Shown here piece after piece: positions 19,966 through 30,011 of a stretch of DNA of 41,385 bases (positions are counted from its first letter, which is position 1; each line of letters starts with the position of its first letter). This stretch comes from Nitrospirales bacterium (lineage in GTDB: Bacteria > Nitrospirota > Nitrospiria > Nitrospirales > NS-4). Made by a program: the position numbers and the translations under genes. The notes beneath the pieces were generated by a model. It ran no database searches and was not told the DNA's origin. It saw only the letters and a list, made by a program, of their open reading frames with translations. Location of the stretch: positions 1 to 41,385 of the forward strand of contig JAXIOW010000111.1 in assembly GCA_045403215.1 (NCBI GenBank). The letters run 5' to 3'.

Positions 19966-21528
19966 CTAATGACGGAAGTGACGCATGCCCGTGAGCACCA
20001 TGGCCATCTGGTGCTCGTCCACGGCCTTGATCACTTCCTCATCGCGGATGGAGCCGCCCGGCTGGATGACGGCCGTGATGCCCGCCTGGGCGGCCGCGTC
20101 AATGCCGTCTCGGAACGGGAAGAAGGCATCAGAGGCCATGACGCAGCCTTTCAGCGAGGAGCACGCCTTCTGGGTCGCCAGCTTCACCGAGTCCACGCGG
20201 CTCATCTGCCCCGCGCCAATGCCGACCGTCCGGTCACGCCGGGCGAACACGATGGCGTTGGACTTGACGTGCTTACAGACCTTCCAGGCGAAGGCGAGCG
20301 CGGCGTATTCCTCGTCGGTGGGCGCCCGCTTCGAGGCCACTTTCAACGCCCGCACGTCCGCGATCGTGCCGAAGTCCCGGTCCTGCAGGAGCAGCCCGCC
20401 GACGATCTTCTTGAGATCGAGCAGGTCCGGTCCCGTGCGCACGTCGGTGCGGAGTTCGCCCACCGCCAGCAGGCGCAGGTCCTTCTTGCGCCTCAGCTCG
20501 GCCAGGGCGTCCTCGTCGAAGTCGGGCGCCACGACCACCTCCACAAACGTCGCGGTGATCTCCTTGGCAGTGGCGAGGTCCACGCGCGCCTTGAACGCGA
20601 TGACGCTGCCGAAGGCGGAGAGTGGATCGGTCTCGCGCGCCCCGACATAGGCGTCGCGCGGCGTGGGCCCGACGGCCACCCCGCAGGGGTTGTTGTGCTT
20701 CACGATGACCGCCACGGGAAGGGGCGCGCCCCCGAATTCCTTCACCAACTCCAGCGCGGCATTGGCGTCGAGAAAGTTGTTGTAGGACATCTCCTTGCCG
20801 TGGAGTTGCCGCGCCTTCACCACGCTCGGCTCGCCGCTCCCGAAATCGCGGTAGAAGGCGCCATGCTGGTGCGGGTTCTCGCCGTAGCGCAGGCTCTGCA
20901 CCTTCTCGAACTGCAGGGTGAGCAGGGACGGGAACCGCACCGGGCCGGGTGCGCCCTGCTGCTCAAGGTAGCCGGCGATCATGCCGTCGTACCGGGCGGT
21001 GTGGTGAAAGACCTTGCGGGCTAGCTCCCGGCGCATTGCCGGCGACACGCCGCCGGCGCGCAGCGCCTCCAGCACGGGCCCGTAATCCGCCGGGTCCACC
21101 ACGACCGTCACGTCCGCGTGGTTCTTGGCGGCCGAGCGCAGCAGAGACGGCCCGCCGATGTCGATCTGCTCGATTGCCTCGTCGACCGTGCAGCCCGGCT
21201 TGTTGATCGTCGCCTCGAAAGGATACAGGTTGACCACAACCACGTCGATCGGCCCGATCCCGTGACGCTCCATCTCGGCGACATGCTTGGGATCGTGGCG
21301 TCGGCCCAGCAGCCCCCCGTGGATCTTGGGATGGAGCGTCTTAACCCGCCCGTCCAGAATCTCCGGCGAGCCGGTATAGGCGGCCACGTCGGTGACCGCG
21401 ATCCCGGCCTCCCGGAGCGTCTTGGCGGTCCCGCCGGTGGAGAGAATCTCGTACCCCAGTACCTTCAATCCCTTGGCGAGTTCGATGATCCCGGACTTGT
21501 CCGACACGCTGACCAGCACCCGCTTCAC
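19966..21528 (-). CDS. purH: Bifunctional AICAR transformylase / IMP cyclohydrolase
   Basis: Motifs seen: VLVSVSDKSG, STGGTAK, GRVKTLHPKIHGG, VVVNLYPF, KHNNPCG and QPGGSIRD. Confidence 0.95.
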   Translation of the reverse strand: MKRVLVSVSDKSGIIELAKGLKVLGYEILSTGGTAKTLREAGIAVTDVAAYTGSPEILDGRVKTLHPKIHGGLLGRRHDPKHVAEMERHGIGPIDVVVVNLYPFEATINKPGCTVDEAIEQIDIGGPSLLRSAAKNHADVTVVVDPADYGPVLEALRAGGVSPAMRRELARKVFHHTARYDGMIAGYLEQQGAPGPVRFPSLLTLQFEKVQSLRYGENPHQHGAFYRDFGSGEPSVVKARQLHGKEMSYNNFLDANAALELVKEFGGAPLPVAVIVKHNNPCGVAVGPTPRDAYVGARETDPLSAFGSVIAFKARVDLATAKEITATFVEVVVAPDFDEDALAELRRKKDLRLLAVGELRTDVRTGPDLLDLKKIVGGLLLQDRDFGTIADVRALKVASKRAPTDEEYAALAFAWKVCKHVKSNAIVFARRDRTVGIGAGQMSRVDSVKLATQKACSSLKGCVMASDAFFPFRDGIDAAAQAGITAVIQPGGSIRDEEVIKAVDEHQMAMVLTGMRHFRH

Positions 21529-21544
21529 GCTCGTCTCTCCGGCC

Positions 21545-22267
21545 CTACATCTTGCCCGCGTCCCGCAGCGATTCCCGGAAAACGCGGAAGAACTGGTCGT
21601 TCTCTGTCACGGCCTGGCGGACGATCCCACGGATCTTGGACAGTTCCCGTTCCGCGACCACGAAGTTGACGCTTTTGGCGAAGGCCAACAGGTTGTCGAA
21701 GGTGCGGAACTGGTTACCGACCAGCCCCACGCACATGTGCCGCCTCAGCGTCATCGTCATCGGCTGGATGGTCTGGAGCAACAGATTGCTCTCCGCCGAT
21801 CCCCCGTAATCTTCGTGGATGATCACCAGCTCATAGCGGTTCGCCCGAACCCGCTGGACGGCGTCCTCCGGCGTGAGGGGAATGTGCACGGTGTAGCCCA
21901 GCCCGTCGAGGGCGGTCTTCACCGTTGCCCGCTGGGGCGCCGAATCGATGCAGACCAGGGCCAGCTTGCGGTCCTCCACAAACTCGTCTTCCTCCGGCGA
22001 GGAGGCCAACCCCTCATCCTTGATGTCAGAGGAATCGAACTCCTCCATGGGCTCTTCGGGTTCCTGAGGCGGAGGAGGCGGAGCAGGCCGAGTGAGTATG
22101 GGCGCGGTCGGCACGCCTCTGGCCCCCGGGGCGGCCTGGTCAGGCATGGTGCTAATCCGTATCTTGGTCTGGCACTTGGGGCAGGTGACCCTGAAGATGG
22201 CGTGCTTCGGGACCTTCGCGTCCGGGATCGCGAGCTTGGTCGAACAGGACGTGCAGATGATCTCCAT
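21545..22267 (-). CDS. MJ0042-type zinc-ribbon protein with a Pro-rich linker and a degenerate receiver-like C-terminal domain
   Basis: The N-terminus reads MEIICTSCSTKLAIPDAKVP...FRVTCPKCQTKI (two CxxC pairs). A PAPPPPPQEPEEP linker follows. The C-terminal alpha/beta segment (LALVCIDS...YELVIIHEDYGG...) resembles CheY-like folds but lacks clear phospho-acceptor signature residues. The start lies 3 nt after the pilU-like stop. Confidence 0.6.
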   Translation of the reverse strand: MEIICTSCSTKLAIPDAKVPKHAIFRVTCPKCQTKIRISTMPDQAAPGARGVPTAPILTRPAPPPPPQEPEEPMEEFDSSDIKDEGLASSPEEDEFVEDRKLALVCIDSAPQRATVKTALDGLGYTVHIPLTPEDAVQRVRANRYELVIIHEDYGGSAESNLLLQTIQPMTMTLRRHMCVGLVGNQFRTFDNLLAFAKSVNFVVAERELSKIRGIVRQAVTENDQFFRVFRESLRDAGKM

Positions 22268-22270
22268 CGC

Positions 22271-23446
22271 CTACTTCTTCTTCACCGTTCTGGCGTAGCC
22301 CGTGTCCAGGGTCAGTCCCGCGATGTCGGTCGTCTTCTGGCCGCGGGTCTGCTTCACCTTGTCGATGCCGCGCTGGACCACCGACTTCCGGGTCGCGTAC
22401 AACTCGGCGGTCTCCGGCGTGATCAATCCCTGTTCATAGATTTTGATGATCGCCTGATCGAAGGTCTGCATGCCGAAGGGAACGCTGGCTTCCTGGATCT
22501 CGTAGAAGGTCTTCCCTTCGCTCTCGCCCATCAGGATGGATTCGTGGGTCCGGAGATTGTTGCCGAGGATGTCGTGGATGGCGATGCGTCCCCCGCCCAC
22601 CTTCGGCAGCAAGCGCTGGCCGACGATCCAGCGGACCGTGTCCGCGAGGCGCTGGCGGATATGCTTCTCCTCCTCCGGATCGAACAGCCCGAGGATGCGG
22701 TGGATGGTCTGGCCGGCGTCCACCGTGTGCACGGTGCTCAACACAAGGTGGCCGGTCTCGGACGCCTTCATGCACAGCTCGGCCGTCTCGCGGTCGCGCA
22801 TCTCGCCGACGAAGATGATCTTCGGCGCCTGACGGAGCGCGGCGCGAAGGCCGTTGGCGAAGGTGTCGAAGTCGCTTCCCAGCTCCCGCTGGTTGAAGGT
22901 CGCCTTGATGTTGGGATGGACGAACTCGACAGGGTCCTCCAGGGCAACGATGTGGATGGGCCTGGTCTCGTTGAACTCCCGCAGCAGCGCGGCCAGCGAG
23001 GTGGTTTTCCCGACGCCGGTGGCGCCGGTCACCAGGATCAGGCCGTTCTTCTCCTTGGTCATCTTCCGGAAGGCTTCCGGCAGCTTGAGAGAGTCGATGG
23101 ACGGGACCAGGGTCTCCAGTTTCCGCATGGCGACCGAATAGTTTCCCCGCTGGCAGAAGATGTTGACGCGGAACCGGGCCCGCCCGGCCAGGAAGTACGA
23201 ACTGTCGCAGGACCCCTGCTGCAGGAGCATCTGGGTCAGCCGGCGGTCGTTGTGCATGAGATTGAGCGCGAAGATCTCGGTCTGAAAGGGGGTCAGGTTC
23301 TCGATAGGGGGGGTGAACCGGACCGGGACCAACTCACCATCCGATTCCACCTGCAGCGGGCGGTCCACCGAGAGGTTCAGGTCCGACACGTTATCGTGCG
23401 AGTCGAGCATCGCGGTCAGCACCGTATCCATCTGGGCTTTTCTCAT
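22271..23446 (-). CDS. PilT/PilU-family type IV pilus retraction-type ATPase (PilU-like paralog)
   Basis: Walker A GATGVGKTT, EDPVEF, Walker B/Asp box IIFVGEMRD, His box GHLVLSTVHT. The GAGGAGGG SD before ATG 23446 lies 10 nt after the pilT stop. Confidence 0.85.
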   Translation of the reverse strand: MRKAQMDTVLTAMLDSHDNVSDLNLSVDRPLQVESDGELVPVRFTPPIENLTPFQTEIFALNLMHNDRRLTQMLLQQGSCDSSYFLAGRARFRVNIFCQRGNYSVAMRKLETLVPSIDSLKLPEAFRKMTKEKNGLILVTGATGVGKTTSLAALLREFNETRPIHIVALEDPVEFVHPNIKATFNQRELGSDFDTFANGLRAALRQAPKIIFVGEMRDRETAELCMKASETGHLVLSTVHTVDAGQTIHRILGLFDPEEEKHIRQRLADTVRWIVGQRLLPKVGGGRIAIHDILGNNLRTHESILMGESEGKTFYEIQEASVPFGMQTFDQAIIKIYEQGLITPETAELYATRKSVVQRGIDKVKQTRGQKTTDIAGLTLDTGYARTVKKK

Positions 23447-23456
23447 GACGCCCTCC

Positions 23457-24536
23457 TCACCCGCCCCACTCAACCGGCGGGGTCTTCAGGAACGGCCGGA
23501 ACTTCGCCTTATCGACGCAATTCGCGTAGGCTTCCTCCGCGCTGATCCACTTCTTTTGGATCACCTCCATGATCGCATCGTCGAGGGTCTGCATCCCGAA
23601 TTGTTTGCCTACCTGGATGGCCGAGGGAATCTGGAAGGTCTTGTTCTCCCGGATCAGGTTGGAGACGGCAGGCGTGACCACCATGATCTCCAGCGCCGCA
23701 CACCGTCCCTTCTTGTCGATGCGTTTGAGGAGGGTCTGCGCCACGACCAACTTGAGGCTCGTGGACAAGCTGCTGCGGATCTGCCCCTGTTCCTCGTTCG
23801 GGAACACTTCAATGATCCGGTCCACCGTCTTGGCGGCATTGGTGGTGTGCAAGGTGCTGAGCACCAAGTGCCCGGTCTCGGCCGCTTCAATCGCCAGCCG
23901 GATCGTCTCGAGGTCCCGCATTTCGCCGACGAGGATGATGTCGGGATCTTCGCGAAGCGCACCCCTCAAGGCCGCAGCGAAGGACCGGGTGTGCAAGCCC
24001 ACCTCACGGTGGTTCACCAGACAGCCGTGGCTCTGGTGCACGAACTCGATCGGGTCCTCGATGGTGATGATGTGGTCTTTGCATTGCTTGTTGGCGTGGT
24101 CGATCATCGCGGCCAGCGACGTGGACTTGCCGCTGCCCGTCGGGCCTGTGACCAGGACCAGTCCTTTGTTCAGCAGGGCGGCCCGTTTCAGGATGGACGG
24201 GAGCCCCAGCTCATCCGCTGTCTGGATCTTTGTGGGGATCTGCCGGAACACCGCCCCGCAGCCGTACTTCTGGTTGAAGAAATTGCACCGAAAGCGCGCC
24301 ACGCCCGGAATCTCGTACCCGAAGTCTACGTCGCCGGTCTCTTCGTACTGTTTGATCTTGAGCTCGGGGGCGATCTCATAGAGCATGGCCTTCAGCTCGC
24401 CGTCCTCCAACACATTGTACTTGACCCGCTCCATATCCCCGTGAAGACGGAGAATCGGCTGCTGTCCGGACACCAGGTGAAGATCCGAGGCCCCCTGGTC
24501 GAACATCAATTTAAAGAAGGCGTCAATCTTCGCCAT
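23457..24536 (-). CDS. pilT: Twitching motility ATPase PilT
   Basis: Motifs seen: ASDLHL, GPTGSGKSTS, EDPIEF, ILVGEMRD, GHLVLSTLHT and the PilT-specific AxxNLIRE segment (AVSNLIRENK). Confidence 0.93.
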   Translation of the reverse strand: MAKIDAFFKLMFDQGASDLHLVSGQQPILRLHGDMERVKYNVLEDGELKAMLYEIAPELKIKQYEETGDVDFGYEIPGVARFRCNFFNQKYGCGAVFRQIPTKIQTADELGLPSILKRAALLNKGLVLVTGPTGSGKSTSLAAMIDHANKQCKDHIITIEDPIEFVHQSHGCLVNHREVGLHTRSFAAALRGALREDPDIILVGEMRDLETIRLAIEAAETGHLVLSTLHTTNAAKTVDRIIEVFPNEEQGQIRSSLSTSLKLVVAQTLLKRIDKKGRCAALEIMVVTPAVSNLIRENKTFQIPSAIQVGKQFGMQTLDDAIMEVIQKKWISAEEAYANCVDKAKFRPFLKTPPVEWGG

Positions 24537-24613
24537 CCCCTCGTCCTCCCAAGCTCATCGCGACGCATGCGCCACGAGGCCCAACACACGCGGCAAACGT
24601 AGCATAACCCTCC

Positions 24614-24919
24614 ATGCGAATCAACCGCCCGGGCTTCATTGACAACGGCCAAGAAGGGGCCTACGCTTCTTCTATGGTCGACCTCTTTGACTTTTCCACG
24701 CCCATCCCGTGCGAGTTCTGCACGCTCCCCATCCCGATCAAGCCGGACTCCAAGGTCCATACGGTCCAGCTTGACGAAGGACCGGCCATCTTCCCGATCT
24801 GTCCGACCTGCGGCCGGCTCCAGCGCCCCCGGCTCGTCAGGGACGGCACGCTCTACCTGGTCAACCTCAGCGACGAGCAAATGGTCACGCTCCAGACGCT
24901 GTTCAATCTGAACCTCTAG
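24614..24919 (+). CDS. Hypothetical small Cys4 protein (start at 24614 or 24674)
   Basis: Strong GC3 bias in this frame. CEFC and CPTC pairs lie about 32 residues apart. Divergent from pilT. No recognisable family. Confidence 0.4.
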   Translation: MRINRPGFIDNGQEGAYASSMVDLFDFSTPIPCEFCTLPIPIKPDSKVHTVQLDEGPAIFPICPTCGRLQRPRLVRDGTLYLVNLSDEQMVTLQTLFNLNL

Positions 24920-24964
24920 CCCTCCCCCTCCGCTTTTTACCTTTTCCCTCCCTCCCGTGTCTCA

Positions 24965-24993
24965 TTGACAAGGACAACGGACCGGCATACCCT
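24965..24993 (+). promoter_or_regulatory. Candidate sigma70 promoter TTGACA-N17-TACCCT
   Basis: Perfect -35 at 24965-24970, a 17-nt spacer and a weak -10. The GGAGG SD lies 5 nt before ATG 25014. Confidence 0.3.
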
Positions 24994-25013
24994 TCACTCG
25001 CGGCGGAGGCGGC

Positions 25014-25490
25014 ATGGACCAAGAGCTCGTTCAGTACCTCGAAGAGAAGTTTCAGACACAAGAGCAGCAATTCCAAAGCCTTCTAGACCAGCACTTTGAA
25101 GGCATCAATGCACGCTTTGAAGGTGTAAATGCGCGCTTTAACCGAGTCGAGCAACAGCTTGACGCCCACGATGAGCGTTTTAGCTCGATCGATCAGCGGT
25201 TTCAGGAGGTGAACAACCGGATTGACGACCGGTTCGAAGAAGTCAAGCGACATACCGGCGTGCTAGTTGAAGGCCTCCGTCACGAAATCCAGCAGGTGGC
25301 TGAGGGGCTCTTGGTGCACATCGATGTCCGGCACAGGGAAGATCGGGAATATTTCGACCGCAAGTTCGAGGACATGTCTGCCCTCTTCCGCAGTTCCCAC
25401 GTCCACCTTCAGCAGCAACAGGACCAACTCCGCCAATCACAGGATCAGATCCACCAGCGCGTGGAGAACCTCGAGCGGAATCAGAACTAG
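25014..25490 (+). CDS. Hypothetical coiled-coil protein with a phenylalanine-registered heptad repeat and atypical codon usage
   Basis: F occurs at residues 13, 20, 28, 35, 42, 56, 63 and 74 (KF/QF/HF/RF units, for example INARFEG VNARFNR ... DERFSSI DQRFQEV). The C-terminus is Gln-rich. There are many A/T-ending codons, unlike the neighbouring genes. Confidence 0.55.
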   Translation: MDQELVQYLEEKFQTQEQQFQSLLDQHFEGINARFEGVNARFNRVEQQLDAHDERFSSIDQRFQEVNNRIDDRFEEVKRHTGVLVEGLRHEIQQVAEGLLVHIDVRHREDREYFDRKFEDMSALFRSSHVHLQQQQDQLRQSQDQIHQRVENLERNQN

Positions 25491-25504
25491 ACACCGTATA
25501 AGAA

Positions 25505-25533
25505 TTGACTTCGCCGGAGGGCGCCGCTAGAAT
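25505..25533 (+). promoter_or_regulatory. Candidate sigma70 promoter TTGACT-N17-TAGAAT upstream of dnaE
   Basis: 5/6 match at -35 and 5/6 at -10 with a 17-nt spacer. It lies about 43 nt upstream of GTG 25576, which has an AAGGAA SD. Confidence 0.5.
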
Positions 25534-25575
25534 GAGCCGGCGTGTCAGAGACGCCGAGACCATAAGGAACCCTGC

Positions 25576-28500
25576 GTGGCGTCCCAGTTCGTCCACCTCC
25601 ACGTGCACACCCAGTACAGTCTGCTCGACGGGGCCAATCAGATCGCCGCCCTGGTGCAGGAAGCCAAGGGTTTCGGCATGCCGGCCCTGGCCGTCACGGA
25701 CCACGGAAACCTCTTCGGCGCCATCGAGTTTTACCAGAAGGCCACCGCCGCCGGCATCAAGCCGATCATCGGCTGCGAGGCCTACCTCGCCCCGAAGAGC
25801 CGGTTCGATCGGGAAGGGCAGTTCGCCCACAACGAGTACTACCACTTGATCCTGCTGGCCGCGAACCGGACCGGCTACCAGAACCTCCTCAAGCTCGCGA
25901 GCCAGGCGTACCTGGAAGGGTTCTACTATAAGCCGCGGGTGGACAAGGCGTTGCTCATCGAGCACCATGAAGGCCTCATTGCGCTCTCCGGCTGCCTGAG
26001 CGGCGAGGTCCCCCACCTCATCGCACAGGGCCGCCTGGAAGACGCGCTGCGCACCGCCGCCGAGTATCGGGACATCTTCGGGGCCGACCACTACTTCCTG
26101 GAAGTCCAGGAGAACGGCGTGCCCGAGCAGCAGATCGCCAACACCGGGTTGCGGGAGATCCATAAGCGTCTCGGCATCCCGCTGGTGGCCACCAACGACT
26201 GCCACTATTTAAAGAAGGGCGATGCCAGGGTCCATGACATTTTGCTCTGCCTGCAGACCGGCAAGACGGTGACCGATCCGAACCGGATGCGCTTTCAGAC
26301 CGACCAGCTCTACGTGAAGTCCACGGAAGAGATGCTGGCCGCGTTCCACGAGTGGCCCGAGGCGGTCTGGAACACGGCCCGCGTCGCGGAGATGTGCGCG
26401 CTCACCTTTACGTTCGGCAAGTCCTACCTCCCGCACTACACGGTGCCGGAGGGGGAGACGCTGGAGAGCTACCTCGACAAGCTCGCCCAGAAGGGGCTGG
26501 CGGAGCGGGTGCGCGAGCGTCCGTCGGGCCTCCCGGAAGCGCAGTACCGGAAGCGCCTGCGGGACGAACTGACCGTGATCACCTCGATGGGGTTTGCGGG
26601 CTACTTCCTGATCGTCTGGGACATCATCACCTTCGCCCGCTCGCGGGGCATCCCCGTGGGACCCGGGCGCGGCTCCAGCGCCGGCAGTCTGGTCGCCTAC
26701 GCCCTGCGCATCACCGACCTGGACCCGCTCGTGTACGGCCTGCTGTTCGAGCGCTTCCTGAACCCCGAGCGCATCTCCCTTCCCGACATCGACATGGACT
26801 TCTGCATGGACCGCCGCCAGGAAGTCATCAACTACGTGGTCGAGAAGTACGGCAAGGACCATGTCTGCCAGATCATCACCTTCGGCACGATGAAGGCGAA
26901 GGCCGCGATCCGCGACGTGGGCCGCGTGATGGAGATGCCCTACGCGGAGGTGGACCGCATCGCCAAGCTCATCCCCGATCAGCTCAACATCACCCTGGAC
27001 GAAGCCCTGGGGGCCGAGCCGCGCCTCACGGAACTGGTGGAGACCGACCCGAAAGTCCGTGAGGTCTTCGAGACGGCGCGCGCCCTGGAGAATTCGCCGC
27101 GCCACGCCTCCACCCATGCGGCCGGCGTCGTCATCTCGCAGGACTCCCTGACGGCCCACGTGCCTCTCTACAAAGGCTCCAAAGAGAGTGACGAAATCGT
27201 GACCCAGTATCCGATGGGGGACGTCGAAAAGGTCGGGCTGGTGAAGTTCGACCTGCTGGGGCTCAAGACCCTGACGATGATCGCCCACGCCGAGCGGCTC
27301 ATCAACGCGACGCGGCCCAACGACCCTGTTTTCTCCACTGCGAATCTGCCCCTCAACGACCCGCAGACGTTCGCGCTGCTGTCGTCCGGGAAGACCATGG
27401 GCCTCTTCCAGTTGGAGAGCGCGGGCATGCGCGACCTGCTCACCGGACTCCGTCCCGACCGCTTCGAGGACATCATCGCCATCATCGCCCTGTACCGGCC
27501 CGGTCCCATGGACCTGATCCCCGACTTCATCCGGCGCAAGCAGGGGAAGATTCCGATCACCTTCGAGGCGCCGGTTCTGGAGGAGATGCTGAAGGAGACC
27601 TACGGGGTCATCGTCTACCAGGAACAGGTCATGGCGATCGCGAACAAGGTCGCCGGCTTCACCATGGGCCAGGCGGACCTCATGCGGCGCGCCATGGGCA
27701 AGAAGAAACCGGAGGAGATGGTCAAGCTGCGGACGCAGTTCATCGAGGGTGCGAAGAAGCGGAAGATCACGGAGAAGAAGGCGGAGAAGCTCTTCGAGCT
27801 GATCCAGAAGTTCGCCGGCTACGGGTTCAACAAGTCGCACGCCGCGGCCTATGCGCTGGTCACCTACCAGACGGCCTACTTGAAGACACACTACCCCACC
27901 GAGTTCATGGCGGCCCTCCTCACCAGCGAAATGGGCAACACCGACAAGGTGGTGCGGTACATCAACGAATGCCGCGACCTCGGGATCAAGGTGCTCCCCC
28001 CGGACGTGAACGAGAGCGACAAGGACTTCACGGTCACGCAGGAGGGCATCCGGTTCGGGCTCGCGGCCATCAAGAACGTGGGCGAAGGCGCGATTGACAC
28101 GATCCTCGAGGCGCGGAAGGCTCAAGGCCCCTATGTCTCGTTCTTCGACTTCTGCCACCGGGTGGACGTCCGGAAGCTCAACAAGCGCGCGCTGGAATGT
28201 CTCATCAAGGCCGGCGCCTTCGATTCGACCGGCGCGCGCCGCGCCCAGCTCGCCGCCGTCCTGGACCGGACCGTGGATCAGGCCATGGCCGCCCAGCAGG
28301 CGGAGTCTCGCGGACAGACGAGCATCTTCGCCGCCTTCGAGTCACCGGACGGCCAGGGCGGGCGGCGCGGCACGCTGCCGTTCGACGAGAGCCTGTCCGA
28401 CGTGCCGGAATGGGACAAGGACCAACTGCTCAAGTATGAAAAGGAACTGATCGGGTTCTACATCACGAGCCATCCCCTCGCCCGGTACGACGAGGCCATG

Positions 28501-29049
28501 AGCCGCTTCTCCACCGCCAGCACCGACACGCTGAGCGAGGTCGCGGACGCCAAGGAGGTCAAGCTCTGCGGGATCATCGCCACCGTCCGCCAGACCATGA
28601 CCAAGAAAGGCGACCGCATGGCCTATCTGACGCTGGAGGACCTGCACGGCACCGTCGAGGTCATCGTCTTTCCCGACCTCTACAAGACAGCGGCTGCCCT
28701 CATCATCCCTGAATCGGTCATCCAAGTAATCGGGACGCTGGACCGGGGCGACAAGGCGGCCCGCATCAAGGCGACCAAGCTCGCGGGCCTTGCCGACCTC
28801 CAGGCGCAAAGCGTCTCCTACGTCTCGATTCACGTCACCACGCGGGACGCGTCGGCCGAGACGCTGCGCCAGCTCCGGGAGGTGCTCCACCGTCACGCCG
28901 GCCCCTGCCCGGTCTATCTCACGCTCACGATTCCCGACCACTCCGAATCCGTGATCGCGGTCGGTCCGGACCTGCGCGTCCTGCCGAGCGCCCCGCTCGT
29001 CGGCGACGTCGAAGCCCTCATCGGCACGGGCACGATCTCATTCGAATAG
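25576..29049 (+). CDS. dnaE: DNA polymerase III alpha subunit
   Basis: PHP domain [16 protein letters not shown], polymerase core motifs ([26 protein letters not shown]), and an OB-fold region. 1157 aa with a GTG start. Confidence 0.96.
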   Translation: MASQFVHLHVHTQYSLLDGANQIAALVQEAKGFGMPALAVTDHGNLFGAIEFYQKATAAGIKPIIGCEAYLAPKSRFDREGQFAHNEYYHLILLAANRTGYQNLLKLASQAYLEGFYYKPRVDKALLIEHHEGLIALSGCLSGEVPHLIAQGRLEDALRTAAEYRDIFGADHYFLEVQENGVPEQQIANTGLREIHKRLGIPLVATNDCHYLKKGDARVHDILLCLQTGKTVTDPNRMRFQTDQLYVKSTEEMLAAFHEWPEAVWNTARVAEMCALTFTFGKSYLPHYTVPEGETLESYLDKLAQKGLAERVRERPSGLPEAQYRKRLRDELTVITSMGFAGYFLIVWDIITFARSRGIPVGPGRGSSAGSLVAYALRITDLDPLVYGLLFERFLNPERISLPDIDMDFCMDRRQEVINYVVEKYGKDHVCQIITFGTMKAKAAIRDVGRVMEMPYAEVDRIAKLIPDQLNITLDEALGAEPRLTELVETDPKVREVFETARALENSPRHASTHAAGVVISQDSLTAHVPLYKGSKESDEIVTQYPMGDVEKVGLVKFDLLGLKTLTMIAHAERLINATRPNDPVFSTANLPLNDPQTFALLSSGKTMGLFQLESAGMRDLLTGLRPDRFEDIIAIIALYRPGPMDLIPDFIRRKQGKIPITFEAPVLEEMLKETYGVIVYQEQVMAIANKVAGFTMGQADLMRRAMGKKKPEEMVKLRTQFIEGAKKRKITEKKAEKLFELIQKFAGYGFNKSHAAAYALVTYQTAYLKTHYPTEFMAALLTSEMGNTDKVVRYINECRDLGIKVLPPDVNESDKDFTVTQEGIRFGLAAIKNVGEGAIDTILEARKAQGPYVSFFDFCHRVDVRKLNKRALECLIKAGAFDSTGARRAQLAAVLDRTVDQAMAAQQAESRGQTSIFAAFESPDGQGGRRGTLPFDESLSDVPEWDKDQLLKYEKELIGFYITSHPLARYDEAMSRFSTASTDTLSEVADAKEVKLCGIIATVRQTMTKKGDRMAYLTLEDLHGTVEVIVFPDLYKTAAALIIPESVIQVIGTLDRGDKAARIKATKLAGLADLQAQSVSYVSIHVTTRDASAETLRQLREVLHRHAGPCPVYLTLTIPDHSESVIAVGPDLRVLPSAPLVGDVEALIGTGTISFE

Positions 29050-29060
29050 CGAGCGGCAGC

Positions 29061-30011
29061 ATGCGCGAATACCTAGACTTCGAGAAGCCCATTGCCGAGA
29101 TCGAGGCGAAGATCGAAAAGCTGACCGCCGCGGGCCAGGGACAGCCCGGCGTGCAGGACGACCTCCGCAAGCTCCGCGAGAAACTCTACAAGCTCCAGGC
29201 GGAGATCTACGCCGGCCTCACGCCCTGGCAGCGGACCCAGGTCGCCCGGCATCCGCAACGGCCGTCCACGCTCGACTACTTCGGGCGGATCTGCGACAGC
29301 TTCCTGGAACTGCACGGCGACCGCCTGTATGGCGACGACCAGGCCATCGTCGCGGGTCTCGCTCGCCTGAACGGCCGCTCCGTCGTCGTGATCGGGCCGC
29401 AAAAGGGCAAGACGCTGAAAGAACGGATGCAGCGGAACTTCGGGATGCCCAACCCGGAAGGGTACCGCAAGGCGCTTCGCCTGATGCGCCTGGCCGAGAG
29501 ATTCAACAAGCCGGTCCTCACCTTCATCGACACGCCCGGCGCCTATCCCGGCATCGGCGCCGAGGAGCGCGGCCAGTCCGAAGCCATCGCCCGAAATTTG
29601 TTGGTGATGGCCTCGCTCAAGGTCCCGATCGTGTCCGTCGTCATCGGGGAAGGCGGCAGCGGCGGGGCCCTCGCGATCGGCGTGGCCGACCGCCTGCTAA
29701 TGCTGCAGCACGCGGTCTATTCGGTCATCTCGCCGGAGGGTTGCGCAGCGATCCTGTGGAACGATCCGCAGAAGGCGCCGGACGCGGCGGAGGCGCTCAA
29801 GATGACCGCCGAAGACCTGCTGCGCCTGGGTGTGATCGACGAGATCATTCCCGAGCCACCCGGTGCGGCCCACCGCGACCCGACGGCCATATGCAACGCT
29901 GTGAAGAAGGCGGTCGTGGCCCACCTCAGCGAGCTGCTCGAACTCCCGCTCGACGAGCTCCTCCGGCGGCGCTCCAACAGGTACCGGCGCATGGGCGTAA
30001 TGGGCGAGTAG
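29061..30011 (+). CDS. accA: Acetyl-CoA carboxylase carboxyltransferase alpha subunit
   Basis: Motifs seen: [58 protein letters not shown]. Confidence 0.95.
   Translation: MREYLDFEKPIAEIEAKIEKLTAAGQGQPGVQDDLRKLREKLYKLQAEIYAGLTPWQRTQVARHPQRPSTLDYFGRICDSFLELHGDRLYGDDQAIVAGLARLNGRSVVVIGPQKGKTLKERMQRNFGMPNPEGYRKALRLMRLAERFNKPVLTFIDTPGAYPGIGAEERGQSEAIARNLLVMASLKVPIVSVVIGEGGSGGALAIGVADRLLMLQHAVYSVISPEGCAAILWNDPQKAPDAAEALKMTAEDLLRLGVIDEIIPEPPGAAHRDPTAICNAVKKAVVAHLSELLELPLDELLRRRSNRYRRMGVMGE

Noticed and set aside
21529-21544. ZTP (pfl) riboswitch, which often precedes purH.
   Set aside because: Only 16 nt separate purH from the upstream gene, so there is no space for a riboswitch.
21392-23545. 717-aa plus-strand ORF. 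Similar long ORFs occur at 35710-38250 (+), 26209-28158 (-), 18325-19851 (+), 32686-34098 (+), 2474-3820 (-), 15102-16244 (+), 16241-17356 (+) and 19969-21024 (+).
   Set aside because: All lie antisense to, or out of frame with, genes that carry unmistakable conserved motifs (pilT/pilU, oxidoreductase, dnaE, purD, rhlE, bioF, the activator, the kinase, purH). Their translations are Arg/Gly/Pro/Ala-rich low-complexity sequence, which is typical of shadow ORFs in high-GC DNA.
24560-24574. Sigma54-like TGGCGC-N5-TCGCG on the pilT strand, considered as a feature call.
   Set aside because: The spacing is right, but two core positions deviate, the sequence is what GC-rich DNA yields by chance, and the implied leader is only about 10 nt. 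It is kept as a low-priority note in findings rather than as a feature.
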